From NCBI GenBank assembly GCA_951406725.2, contig OX597818.1, positions 39,990,001 to 40,054,000 of the forward strand: a stretch of 64,000 nt of DNA. Reading direction: 5' to 3'. Made by a program: the position numbers and the translations under genes. Positions within the stretch are counted from its first letter, which is position 1, and every line of letters begins with the position of its first letter. The notes beneath the pieces are model-generated. The model searched no databases. It saw nothing but the letters and a program-made list of their open reading frames with translations, and was not told the origin of the DNA. Positions 12,148-23,664 of the stretch are shown here, in pieces. This stretch comes from Octopus vulgaris. Its lineage: Eukaryota.

Positions 12148-12332
12148 GGGTGGCACGTAAAAAGCACCCACTACACTCACGGAGTGGTTGGCGTTAGGAA
12201 GGGCATCCAGCTGTAGAAACATTGCCAGATAAGACTGGAGCCTGGTGCAGCCTTCTGGCTTCCCAGATCCCCGGTCGAACCGTCCAACCCATGCTAGCAT
12301 GGAGAACGGACGTTAAACGATGATGATGATAT
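12148..12332 (+). mobile_element. RTE-A 3' UTR truncated copy
   Basis: GGTGGCACGTAAAAAGCACC..GGCGTTAGGAAGGGCATCCAGCTGTAGAAAC..GGACGTTAAAC(GAT)n, flanked by (TA)n. Confidence 0.85.
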
Positions 12333-12367
12333 ATATACATACACACACACACACATATATATATATA

Positions 12368-13180
12368 CAGTAACCACTCACCATATCGCGGTTCACCTAT
12401 TATGTCCTCATTACATTGTAGATTTTTCTGGCTAATAATATATGTAAATTCATATCGCAGACTCCTCAGTATATCGTGGGTTTCTGTGGCCGATAAGTAT
12501 TTATGTTGTTTTAGATTTTAATTATTTCTGTGGTAAAATAAGCATTTTCACACCTAAAAATTAATAAATAAAAATACAGTACAATACTGCACTGTTTAAC
12601 ACATTAATTAAAATATATTAAAAGAAAATACATAGTGTACTGTACATGAGTAAACAAAGAATCGCACAATACTGTAGTAAGTAGCTTGCTTACCAACCTC
12701 ATGGTTCCGGGTTCAGTCCCACTGCGTGGCACCTTGGGCAAGTGTCTTCTACGATAGCCTTGGGCTGACCAAAGCCTTGTGAGTGGATTTGGTAGATGGA
12801 AACTGAAAGAAGCCCATCGTATATATGTATATATATATGTATGTGTTTGTGTGTCTGTGTTTGTCCCCCCAACATTGCTTGACAACCGATGCTGGTGTGT
12901 TTGCATCCCCGTAACTTAGCAGTTCGACAAAAGAGACCGATAGAATAAGCACTAGGCTTACAAAGAATAAGTCGTGGGGTCGATTTGCTCGACTAAAGGC
13001 GATGCTCCAGCATGGCCACTGTCAAATGACTGAAACAAGTAAAAGAGAGTAAAAGAAATACAAATTATAAAAATAATAATAATAAAATATATGCAGTACA
13101 GTAGTGTTTCTACTCCACAGATTTTCACCTATCGCCTGAGGTTTTGGAATGTTACACCTGCTATAGTCGAGGGATTACTG
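12368..13180. mobile_element. pogo/Tigger-type MITE carrying a nested SINE A (about 12676-13058)
   Basis: TA|CAGTAACCACTCACCATATCGC ... GCTATAGTCGAGGGATTACTG|TA imperfect TIRs with TA TSD; an internally deleted relative lies at about 49805-49963. Confidence 0.75.
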
Positions 13181-13457
13181 TATATATAGTCAATTCAAAT
13201 AAACATTCAATTCAAATAAACGAATAATAAAATTAACAGGCAAGAAAAAGGGACACACACACATGCATGTGTGTGTGTATGTTTGTTATGTTTATCCCCA
13301 ACCGCTGCTTGACAACCAGTGTTGGTTTGTTTAATTCATCCCTTTAAGTTAATGGTTCAGCATACAAGACTGCTAGAATGAGTAACAGGCTTAAAAGAAT
13401 AAGTACTGGAGAGAAGACAAAAAGACAAAATAAACTAGCAAAAAAATTACTGGATAA

Positions 13458-13513
13458 TTCCAGATCCCAGATTTCTGGTTTTGTATAAGAAATGCTTTGC
13501 CTCTTCAGTGGAA
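13458..13513 (-). ncRNA. Type I hammerhead-like motif with intact core
   Basis: Minus strand: TTCCA-CTGAAGA-GG..21 nt..CC-A-GAAA-TC(tgg)GA-TC-TGGAA; 5-bp stem I, 3-bp stem III, AUC triplet; stem II weak. Confidence 0.5.
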
Positions 13514-14531
13514 GTGCCTACTTCAATTCAGAAAGTAACATTAAATACACATATATATATACATATAACATACGAATACTTACATATACGAAAGTATACA
13601 TACATATATATGCATGTATGCAACACACAAACACAGACACACAAACGTATACACACACATGCATATTATATATATATTATATATATATATATATATATCA
13701 TCATTTAGCGTCCGCTTTCCATGCTAGCATGGGTTGGACGGTTCAACTGGGGTCTGTGAAGCTGGAAGGCTTATATATATATATAGACACGGCGGGCTTT
13801 TTTCAGTTTCTGCCTACCAAATCCACTCAAAGCTTTGGTTAGCCTGAGGCTATAGTAGAAGACACTTGCCTAAGGTGCCGCAATGTGGGTTTGAACTCGG
13901 AACCATGTGGTTGGGAAGCAAACTTCTTACCACATTAGCCGTGCCTGTGCTTAATTTGATTGTATAATTAAGATCTAGGTGGTAATTATGAGTGTAATTT
14001 ACACATCAATTTCTCTTTGACTTACAGTTGGTAACTTGTTAATGTGTGAAAAAATAAAATGGGAAAAAAAATAAGATCTACTCCCCTCAAAAACAAGTAT
14101 GTTAATGATTTTGACCTTGATAGTCATCTTGTTCAAATGTAAGAAAGTATCATTGTTCAGTCTAAAAAGGAAGTAAGCAGGAACTGTGTTTTTTCATTTT
14201 CTCTTGTGTTATATTCATTGACCTATGCTGGTTTAATGTGGGTTTTTTTTTTTGTTTTTCTTTTGTCAGCAATTTGTTGTTAGGGCAGAATTGTTAGGCA
14301 AGAAAAAATAAAAAAGAAAAAAAATTATAAAAAAAAACAACTTGTGATATTTTTTTTCCAGCTCTTCATATTCTGAGTTCAAATCCCACCATGATCAACT
14401 TTACTGTCATCCTTTCAGTGTTAAAAGTACATCTGTCCTTGTTTATCATAAGGCTTTTGTCTCCCCCACTTAAAAAAAAAAAAAAAAAAAATTGGTGGTA
14501 GTGAATCCTATCTATGCACTTTGTAAATGGA

Positions 14532-14741
14532 ACACACACCAACACACATGCACTCCTGCTGCGTAGACATATGGTATGGGGATTAATAGTGTCGGGGCTC
14601 ATAATTAATCAGTAAGTTGTGGGTCCAATTCTTGGATTGGGCTTTGCATTGTATCCTTGAGAAAAGTTCTTTATATCATGTAGCTCCAGTACTCTCAGCT
14701 GAAAAACAAGTGCTAGCCTAGTAATCCATTTACTTGTTCCC
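14532..14741 (+). repeat. About 208-bp segment duplicated at 21755-21961 (degenerate SINE-derived sequence)
   Basis: GCACTCCTGCTGCGTAGACA..GTAATCCATTTACTTGTTCCC matches the second copy with about six differences seen by eye. Confidence 0.92.
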
Positions 14742-15160
14742 ACAATGGTAGATTCATTGACAACCAAACTTGGGACCCAAAGCAGCAAAGGTTCCAGTGT
14801 CATATTTTCTTGGGGAGCTCTTAACTTTTTTTGTCTCTGTCATTTGTTAAGTTCAGGTGCCTTAGTATTTTTTTCCTTTCCATTGGTCCCATGTTGATGG
14901 GTACAAGTATGTATACCTGTATAAAAAATATGCTGCCTTGCAGCATGGTCACGTAAACATAAGCGGTAGACAGTGCATTTTGGGTAGCTGAGTACTGTGA
15001 GTTTCCACTGGGGCACATTTTTGTGGTACAAGCAGAATCTTCAATGGATTGCAAGCCTGTTCTATCAAAAATCAATCTATAATAAGTATAACATGGTTCA
15101 TAATTGAGCTTACCTTGTTTTCTTGGTCAGTGACAAACGAATTGGTGATAAATGAAGCTA

Positions 15161-15378
15161 CAAGGGGTTGCTGAAAAGTTCCTGGTTTTAAGGGTATCAT
15201 GAAAGGCCTGGTTGGAAGCCCAACCTTCCAAGTTCTTTTACAGGACTTAGAAAAAACTGAAAGACCGCTGAAATAAATATGTGAATCTGAGAGGGGAATA
15301 TGTTGAATAAAACCTCAATTAACTGATAGTCCTGTATTTTCTTTTACCCAAAGCCAGGAACTTTTCAGCACCCCTTCA
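15161..15378 (+). mobile_element. mariner-derived MITE
   Basis: TA|CAAGGGGTTGCTGAAAAGTTCCTGG ... CCAGGAACTTTTCAGCACCCCTTCA|TA TIRs; interior retains the transposase end NKYVNLRGEYVE*. Second copy at 51383-51599. Confidence 0.85.
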
Positions 15379-17107
15379 TACACCACTCAAGTACTGGGGT
15401 TGTTTTAAATGACTAATACCATACCCTCAAAATTTCACCTTGTGTTTATGTTAGAAAATAGTAGTAGTAGTATTAGTATTTGAACCATTTAAGTATGAGG
15501 AAAAAAATGTCTTGGAATAATTATTCCAGATATTAGGTCATCTCATAAATAATGTTTTTTTTCAATTGTATGAACTTAAAATCAGAGGGAGATGGGATAA
15601 ATTACCTGCATCAACTTGCTATAAAAGCTGGTAGTAATTTTACCTTGTCCTTATTCTTAGTATGAGTTTTGAAGAGTGCAGTTCGATTTTAAAGTTATTT
15701 TTTCAAAGCTATAATGGAAGTGACAAAAAAGCATATTTTGTATACTGTAAAAACTCATGTAATTTGTGCACCTGTGTAATTTACTCAGGTGATTTTCAGG
15801 ATAAAAATTGTTAAAAAGAGTTTCAACTCGTGTAAAATTTGCACCCAAAATTTTTCAGTATTGCTTATATGGCCAGGGGAAAAAAGGTTTTCAATTTAGT
15901 TGTATTTAGCATAATTTCACTTACCTATGATTAGATTTTATTAAGTAAAAATAATGTTTAACAGGTATCACATTGAAAGCTATTAAATTACAAAGTGTTT
16001 GTGTTGTTTATAATAAACTTTATTTGACATTTCTTGCCCATAAGATATTATGTCTGATCTGTTGCATACTTCTGTATGTCTTCTCAAATCATGATCACAG
16101 GGAAAGTTGCTGATAATTGTTATCAACAAAAGCAAAGCTGATAAATATGCACAACTGTTGCAAAATAAGTTTAATTACAATAAGTATCAGCTTGGATGAC
16201 ACTTTACTCAACCGACAGAAGAAGGTGACCGATCAAACTGATTATGTAAACAATTCTGATTGGTTGAAAGTGTTTTCTTGTCTCAAGCTCTGATTTTCTG
16301 CCTATTCTTATCAGAACCTTTGATATATAGTATTGAAATTTTAATCCCTTTCAAACTTCTAAAATGTCAAGCAAACTTAATAATTTGTCATTACCATTTT
16401 AGCTGAGAGACCAAACTGATAGTTTGGTAACCCGCTAAAATATACATTAAAAATTGAAAGGAGAAAATAAAAAGCTTTGTAAGTTTAACTTAGTGTTTAT
16501 TGAACAAGAGAGGTGCGAAATTTAAGAAGCGGCTTGTTAGAATATACATGTCTGTGAGGAAACATAAATAAGAATAGCAAAAATCTATTATACCAAAAGA
16601 ACTGGTAATACATACATTACAAGTGTTCTATGAAGAGGACATAAGATTGCTGCGTAATAGAACATGAATGTGAAATGACATTAAACATCGTATAAGGTAA
16701 ATGAAAGTTTCTGTAGGAATGCTAAGTCATATTCACTTAGTGAATTTCCATGCGTAAGGATGAATTATGATGTTGTCGGTGTTAGATGCAGTAAAATATA
16801 GCCCGGACTGTGATTACCAGCATGAACATCAAACTTCAAAAAGTAGTTCACCATTTAATGGTTTTGATAAATTTATACAGAAAAAGTAAGCATTATACCA
16901 TCCAGCATAAATATAAGTCAACTTCATTATATTTTTTCTTAAATGAGTCAACATCCAGTACGAATATTTACATTTGTACATCATTTTTAACAAAAAAAGA
17001 ATTTCTAAAAAAATTCTGGAAACAATTTACTTGTGTAATTTATGTACCCCCTAAAGTTTTTTTGTTTTTGCGTAAAAAAAAGTGTGTAAATTGTGGGTTT
17101 TTACGGT

Positions 17108-17577
17108 ATTTTGCTTTATGAGTTCAGTAAAGGCAGCAACGCAATGGACAGTGCAAGGATTATTAATCCAGTATATGGGGATCGGACAATAAGCATAAGC
17201 CAGTGTCAACGGTGGTTCCAGAAATTTTGAGCTGGAAGCTACAGCCTAGAAGATGATCCTCATTCTGGAAGATCTTTAGAGCTCGATGAGGTTGTCCTGC
17301 AAACCCTGGTGGAACAAAATCCCATTGTAACTGTTGAGGAACTAACAGAAAAGCTTGGATTTGGTTATTCAACCAGTCATTGACACCTGCATGCCATTGG
17401 AAAAGTCAGCAAACTGGGTCAGTGGGTTCCTCACAAACTTTCCGAGTCTAATCATGCACAGAGAGTGAATGTGTGCTCTTCTTTGCTGTCACATCTCATG
17501 AAGAAACTTTTTTTGGACTGAATAGTAACTGGTGATGAGAAATGGATTCTCTATAAAGATGTCAAGCACCAAAGAAG
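17108..17577 (+). pseudogene. mariner (Mos1/Hsmar-like) transposase N-terminal fragment
   Basis: One frame: ILLYEFSKG..QCQRWFQKF*AGSYSLEDDPHSGR..GKVSKLGQWVPHKLSE..FLD*IVTGDEKWILY; has the WVPHxL linker and first catalytic Asp; three in-frame TGA stops. Confidence 0.93.
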
Positions 17578-17899
17578 TAATATTTATCACCACTTAAATG
17601 TGGATGTTCTTTAAGAATGAATGATAATGCTATTTTAACCCCAGGAAGACACTTCCCCTCAGCTAGCTTTTCAGTGCACTTCACTCTTGATATATATATG
17701 TAGCAAGTGGGGAGAGAACACCATACTATCCTAGCTCAAAGACCACCATATCATGCAATTTTGATCTTATTAGATCATCTTCAGTGATGGATACTTGTCT
17801 ACTAGACATCGCAGTAGCGTAACCCAGCTTGTCATATATAGGAAAAAAGTCTCACATAGTCACTGGTTTTGCAACTAATAAGCACCATGTATGTATAGG

Positions 17900-18250
17900 T
17901 TGTTGTCAGTGCCGCCTGACTGGCTCCCCATGCTGGTGGCATGTAAAAAGCAGCATCTGAACGTGGTTGATGCTAGCCTCCCTGCCCCGACTGGTTCCTG
18001 TGCTGGTAGCATGTAAAAAGCACCTTCCAAATGTGGCCTATGCCAGTGCTGCCTGACTGGCTCCTGTGCTGGTGGCAAGTAAAAAGCACCCACTACACTC
18101 TGAGTGGTTGGCGTTAGGAAGGGTGTCCAGCAGTAGAAACCCTGCCAGATCAGATTGGAGCCTGGTGCGGCCTCCTGGCTTGCCAGTCCTCAGTCAAACT
18201 GTCCAAACCATGCCAGCATAGAAAACGGACGATAAATGATGATGATGATC
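17900..18250 (+). mobile_element. RTE-A 3' UTR copy with three tandem units
   Basis: Three TGCTGGTRGCA..TAAAAAGCA units, then GGCGTTAGGAAGGGTGTCCAG and a (GAT)n tail. Confidence 0.85.
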
Positions 18251-18880
18251 ATGATATTAATCAAAGTGTTCAGTGTTATATATCCTTTATGGTCAATCTT
18301 ACTAATCAGTTTCACACTAGGGGTTTCAGTAGTGAGTTAGGTAACAACCCGATTATGTAACTCTGTGCTCTTCAGAGATAGCAGTTAAAGAATATATATA
18401 ATTTGAGCTCCTGGTAGAGTAGAAAGACCATTCTTTTTGTTTCCTCTTGATATAATCAAAGTTTGGTAGATCCACAATGTAATGCATCTTTGATGCAGGT
18501 CTGAGGAAGTGCCACTCTAATGTCTTAAACTGCAAATATTGCATAAATTTTCACTTTGATCTTTTGCATGAGCTGACGTTGAAAGCAAATTTGTTACAGA
18601 AACCTTTGTAACTGATCATTAAAAATGTGTTAATGTCATGACACACTATCAAAACCTCATAATACGAATGACCGAATTTCTAAAGATTTTAATTTAAATA
18701 TGAATGCCTTAGTATGGGTAATCTTGAATAACTTACTGATAAAATGGTTAATTAAACAGGCAAAGTTGCATAAGCATATCTAACATGTTTTTTTTTTTTA
18801 TATTTGTCTTTGGTGGGAATAATGAAGACTTCTTTATATAGTTTCACACTTTCTTTCTTTTTGATGGTTTGATGTTATAT

Positions 18881-19283
18881 TACTCTTTTACTTGTTTCAG
18901 TCATTTGACTGCGGCCATGCTGGAGCACTGCCTTTAGTCGAGCAAATCGACCCCGGGACTTATTCTTTGTAAGCCAAGTACTTATTCTATCGGTCTCTTT
19001 TGCCGAACCGCTAGGTGACGGGGACGTAAACACACAAGCATCGGTTGTCAAGCAATGCTAGGGAGACAAACACAGACACACAAACATATACACACACACT
19101 TATATATATATACATATATACGACAGGCTTCTTTCAGTTTCCGTCTACCAAATCCACTCACAAGGCATTGGTCAGCCCGGGGCTATAGCAGAAGACACTT
19201 GCCCAAGATGCCACGCAGTGGGACTGAACCCGGAACGATGTGGTTGGTTAGCAAGCTACTAACCACAGAGCCACTCCTGCGCC
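18881..19283 (-). mobile_element. SINE A, full length
   Basis: Reverse complement of the 8700-9090 element including head and tail. Confidence 0.9.
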
Positions 19284-19536
19284 TATATTCATTTTGTCTT
19301 TCTCTCTATCTCTTTCTTTGTGTTTTATTTATTTTCAAACATAAATTGGAAACTTTCATTTTTGTACATATCTTGAATATTGTCTTAATTACTTTTATTC
19401 TGTGTAGATTATTTTGTCTTGAATTTGTGCTTATAAAGTCTCTAATTTGAATTAATTTACAACTAATGATATTAAAACCATTTTTTTTTTTTCTGGTGGT
19501 GGTTAAATGAATTTTTAAAAATGTTATGAGAATACA

Positions 19537-19693
19537 GGTGTAGGAGTGACTGTGTGGTAAGTTACTTGCTTACCAACCACATGGTGCCGGGTTCTGTCCC
19601 ATTGCGTGGCACTTTGGGCAAGTGTCTTCTACTATAGCCTCAGGCTGACCAAAGCCTTGTGAGTGGATTTGGTAGACAGAAGCGCGTTGTATA

Positions 19694-19734
<41 letters not shown>

Positions 19735-19948
19735 CTATGTGTATGTTTGTGTATATGTGTGTGTTTGTCTCCGCCACCATCGCTTGACAACCGATATTGG
19801 TGTGTTTATGTCCCCATAACTTAGCAGTTCAGCGAAATAGACTGATAGAATAAGTACTAGGCTTACAAAGAGTAAGTCCTGGGGTCGATTTGCTCGACTA
19901 AAGGCAGTGCTTCAGCATGGCCGCAGTCGAATGATTGAAACAAAAGAA
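19537..19948 (+). mobile_element. SINE A, full length, followed by an extra 3' half (to about 20155)
   Basis: Same head, core, microsatellite and tail; lies inverted relative to 18881-19283. Confidence 0.88.
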
Positions 19949-20371
19949 TGTATATAGATAGATGTGTGTGCATGTGTTTGTTCTTTACCATCACCATTTG
20001 ACAACTGGTGTTGGTTTGTTTATGTCCCCCGTAACTTATTGGTTCAGCAAAAAAGACCAATAAAATTAGTACCAGTTTTAGAAATAAGTACTGGGGTTGA
20101 TTTGCTTGAATAAACTTCAAGTTACAGTATGGTTGCAGTCCAGTGACTGACATGAGTCCTTTTCTTTTTCAGAACAATAGGATGGGATATGAGAGATTTA
20201 GCTACTATTTCTAGCAAGTCTAGCTCTCACAAAGAATTCTTTTGTGGAATGAAGTATAAAAAATATGTTACAATACTGGATTTACTACAATATAATATAC
20301 TACAACATAATATACCTGACATGGTATATTATTTGAATAATTATAAAATTTCTTCAACAAACTTGGACAGC

Positions 20372-20472
20372 ACATTATTTGCATTATTTACATTATTTAC
20401 ATTTGACGGATATTTGTCCTCAACTTGTTAGTTGTTAACACAACATTTTGGCTGATATACCTTCATCAGGAC
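20372..20472 (-). mobile_element. Penelope-like terminal fragment with decayed hammerhead motif
   Basis: Minus strand CTGATGA-AGGTATATCAGCC-AAAA-TGTTGTGTTA; consistent with CC-GAAA-CG after CpG decay (inference). Confidence 0.4.
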
Positions 20473-20513
20473 AGATTATAAAGGCTGGCTTCTGCTTTGT
20501 TATATGACTTTAT

Positions 20514-20734
20514 CCCTTTAGCATTTAAACTGGCCATATCTGACCCTAAATATTCTATTTGTTTTATGTTCAAACTGGTTGTATCTGGCATCTCACACCT
20601 ATCCTTCAATGTTATTCTGATAATAAGCAATCACCTTATTGAAATCTCAATGTCACAAAACGATGCAGGATTAATTTGAAACAATATGAGTAAATAAGTA
20701 TTACATTTGACGGAGTAATCTGAATGCTAAAGAG
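20514..20734. mobile_element. piggyBac-type MITE family 2
   Basis: CCCTTTAGCATTTAAA ... CTGAATGCTAAAGAG|TTAA; further copies at 27208-27423, 33364-33578, about 45790-46010 and 60875-61084, mostly with TTAA flanks. Confidence 0.8.
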
Positions 20735-21526
20735 TTAAGTTGAAGGACAATGTTTTATTCTGGTTATGACACCTGGCCTTTGAAACCTGTATCCAATAAT
20801 TAATTAAACTGAGGCAGGTAGAAATCGACATTTGGTTTTTCACAGATACAAAAGCCTCAAATAAATATGAACTTAACGCTAGTATCTTATCTGCTCGGTC
20901 ATTTCATTTCTACTTCAAGTATGAATGGACTAAATTAGTAAACTGGAATTTCAATTTAGTTGTTTCACTCATCAATAGTTTGGTATGTAATGTTCTAAAG
21001 CTATTTCAAAAGTATTTCCTCTGATGAATTCTTTGTTGATAGACTGACAATGTGTTCTAACTTAATTTTTCTGTACTCTATGACTGCCTGCTTGTAATAT
21101 AGGAAAGAAAGAAAAAAAAAATTCCTTCAATTTCAAACACTTAATACTAAATAGAATCTGTTGCTTAAATAATTCTCTTCAAAGCTGTACAGTTATGAAA
21201 GAGACAGTTCTTCCTAAAATTACTCTTATTACTCAAATGAAGTTGATGCACACTCCCCATTTTTAAATTGTGTGTGTGTGTGAGTGAGAGAGAGAGAGAG
21301 AGAGACATTGCACGTGACAGTATTAGTTAAAACTTATAAACTATTAAGTTCAGTATTCTAGCCATTCTTTCTATTCATTTACATTAACAGAGCTGAAATT
21401 TGCTCAGTATTTTTTACTCTCTCTATTTTAGCTTTTGTTGTCATTATCATCATCTCGAGGGGAATTCTAAATGTTCAAATTTTGTTTTAGGGTTTAGTCA
21501 GAGCTGGAAGGATAGTACACGTATTC

Positions 21527-21775
21527 ACACACACACGCCCCCCCCACTTCTCAACAGACACATACACACGAACACATTCACGAACACACACACACACACA
21601 CCAACACACACACACACACCAACACACACACACACATACCAACACACGCACACACACACACACCAGCACACACACACCAGCACACACACACACCACACAC
21701 ACACACACACACACCAACACACATACACCAACACACACACCGACACACACACACACACACACCAACACACACGCA
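21527..21775. repeat. CA-derived compound microsatellite
   Basis: (CA)n punctuated by CCAA/CCAG. Confidence 0.95.
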
Positions 21776-21961
21776 CTCCTGCTGCGTAGACATGGTATGG
21801 GGATTAATAGTGTCGGGCTCATAATTAATCAGAAAGTTGTGGGTCCAATTCTTGGATTGGGCTTTGCATTGTATCCTTGAGCAAAGTTCTTTATATCATG
21901 TAGCTCCAGTACTCTCAGCTGAAAAACAAGTGCTAGTCTAGTAATCCATTTACTTGTTCCC
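21755..21961 (+). repeat. Second copy of the 14532-14741 segment
   Basis: Direct match; continues into a SINE-type tail CTAAAATTGCTGGCCTTGTGCCAAA and (CTA)n. Confidence 0.92.
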
Positions 21962-22224
21962 TCTAAAATTGCTGGCCTTGTGCCAAAGTTTTAAAAGACT
22001 TACTACTACTACTACTACTACTACTACTGTAACAACACCATTATCTTCTTTTCCCTCTACTTCTACTGGTGTCTGATTTTATCCCTTGCTCTTGTTTGTA
22101 GTATCTCTCTCTCTCCCTCCCTCCTATTCTTTTGTAAGTATCTGCTTTCACTTTGTCATTTGTTGCCTCTTTCTCACTTGCTAGCTGTCATGTTTTTGGT
22201 GTATGACAAAGAAATGACCACTTT

Positions 22225-22301
<77 letters not shown>

Positions 22302-22670
22302 AGAGAGAGAGAGAGATTAGAAAAAATAAGGTACTCAGAAATCTGGATGGGTGTACATTTACAGATTTTTATTAATATGTCACATGTTTTTATAAATCAT
22401 ATATTAGCGCTTGCATCTACTCTAGTAGATTCTTCAGATTTGAATTTTTTGAGGGGATTCGTCTCTTTTTATAGTATTATTGAGTGTGTAGGTGTGGAGA
22501 GAGATATAGGATAGTAAAAGAAGGTGAGGAATGGGGAGAAAGTGAGAGTGTGTGTTTTTGTGTGTGTGTGTGTGCCTGTGTATCTGAAAGGAGTGTCAAT
22601 GGAAAAGAGAAGGAAAGAAAGAAAGAAGAGAGAAAGAAGAAAAAAATGTGCTTACATCTATACAGCTGGT

Positions 22671-22897
22671 CAAGAGTGTGGAGATGGTAGATGTGGGATC
22701 TGCAGTAACCCCATCTACAAATATACAGGGGGAAACAAACAAATAAAATTTAAGAGTGGGCACACATTCAAAGTTATGCAGACATGAATTGCAAGATGCA
22801 GAACGTAATATACTGCATAACCTGTCCTACATGGAAAGAGAATTATAGAGGCGAAATTGGAAATTCTTTATGCCAATGAGCCAGAATTCACCAACAT
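22671..22897 (+). pseudogene. Penelope-like element GIY-YIG endonuclease fragment
   Basis: QECGDGRCGIC..KFKSGHTFKV / frameshift / ADMNCKMQNVIYCITCPTWKENYRGEIGNSLCQ*ARIHQH, matching the PLE pattern C..RCxxC..CxxxNVIYxITCxxC..YIGET..LxxRxxxH. Confidence 0.75.
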
Positions 22898-23371
22898 GTT
22901 TTTTACCAGTAATATGTATTACATATGGATGTCATCATCATTATCATCACCATCATCATTGGTTTTTTTTTCTTTGTTAGCATCAAGTCTTTGATGCTAT
23001 TGTCATCATCATAATTATTTACAATGGAGTCACCAAAAAACATTATCATCAAGATAATCATCCTTATCACCATCAGCACCATCATCATCATCGTCATCAT
23101 CATCACCCTCATCATTATCATCTTGTCTGGTTTCTCTGCTGACATGGGTTGATTAGGTTTGCAATGCACCAATTTGGGCTTCTGCTCTTTACTGTAATCT
23201 TGGGTTGACCAATGCCTTGTAAGAGAATTTAAATGGAAACTGAAAGAAGCCCTATATATTTGTGTTTGTCCCACCCCCAATCTTGCTTGACAACTGGTGC
23301 TGGTTTGTTTCTGTACCTGTGACTTAGTGGTTCCACAGAAGAGACTGATACAATAAATCTATTATTTTATT

Positions 23372-23664
23372 CATGCATCTTTTCAAGCCTAGCCAGGCTC
23401 ATGATCCCGGTTTCCCAGTTTCTGTGGTGTATGTTTTCCCTGCCAGCTGGACGGGACACCAGTCCATCACAGCGTTACTCACGAAACAGGAAGAGAGAGT
23501 GAGAGAAAGTTGGGTCGAAAGAGTACAACAGGGGTCACCACCACCCTCTGTCGGAGCCTCGTGGGGCTTTAGGTGTTTTCGCTCAATAAACACACAGAAC
23601 GCCTGGTCTGGGAATTGAAACCACGATCCTCCGACCGTGAGTCTGCTGCCCTAACCACTGGGCC
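23372..23664 (-). mobile_element. tRNA-headed SINE family D, nested in a SINE A tail
   Basis: Head TGGCCCAGTGGTTAGGGCAGCAGAC..GGTTTCAATTCCC; 3' part GTGATGGACTGGTGTCCCGTCCAGC..AGCCTGGCTAGGCTT shared with 27775-28017. Confidence 0.8.

Larger units (their letters stand above)
11234..13410 (+). mobile_element. SINE A split by nested insertions (5' half 11234-11425, 3' half about 13265-13410)
   Basis: The SINE A head ends at the internal TG/TA tract; the matching 3' half (GCTTGACAACCAGTGTTGG..AAGAATAAGTACTGG) resumes about 1.8 kb later in the same orientation. Confidence 0.6.

Noticed and set aside
11511-12167. Host C2H2 zinc-finger gene
   Set aside because: Upstream sequence is RTE C-terminal domain, truncated into (TA)n, with a retroelement-type tail and no splice signals.
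14745-15090. Another RTE fragment on the minus strand (KCTVYRLC..KKILR)
   Set aside because: Resemblance is too fragmentary across several frames to call without an alignment.
19055-19450. Recurring peptide RQASFSFRLPNPLTR..YSRRHLPK suggesting a gene family
   Set aside because: Antisense translation of SINE A; variable starts and stops, non-coding origin.
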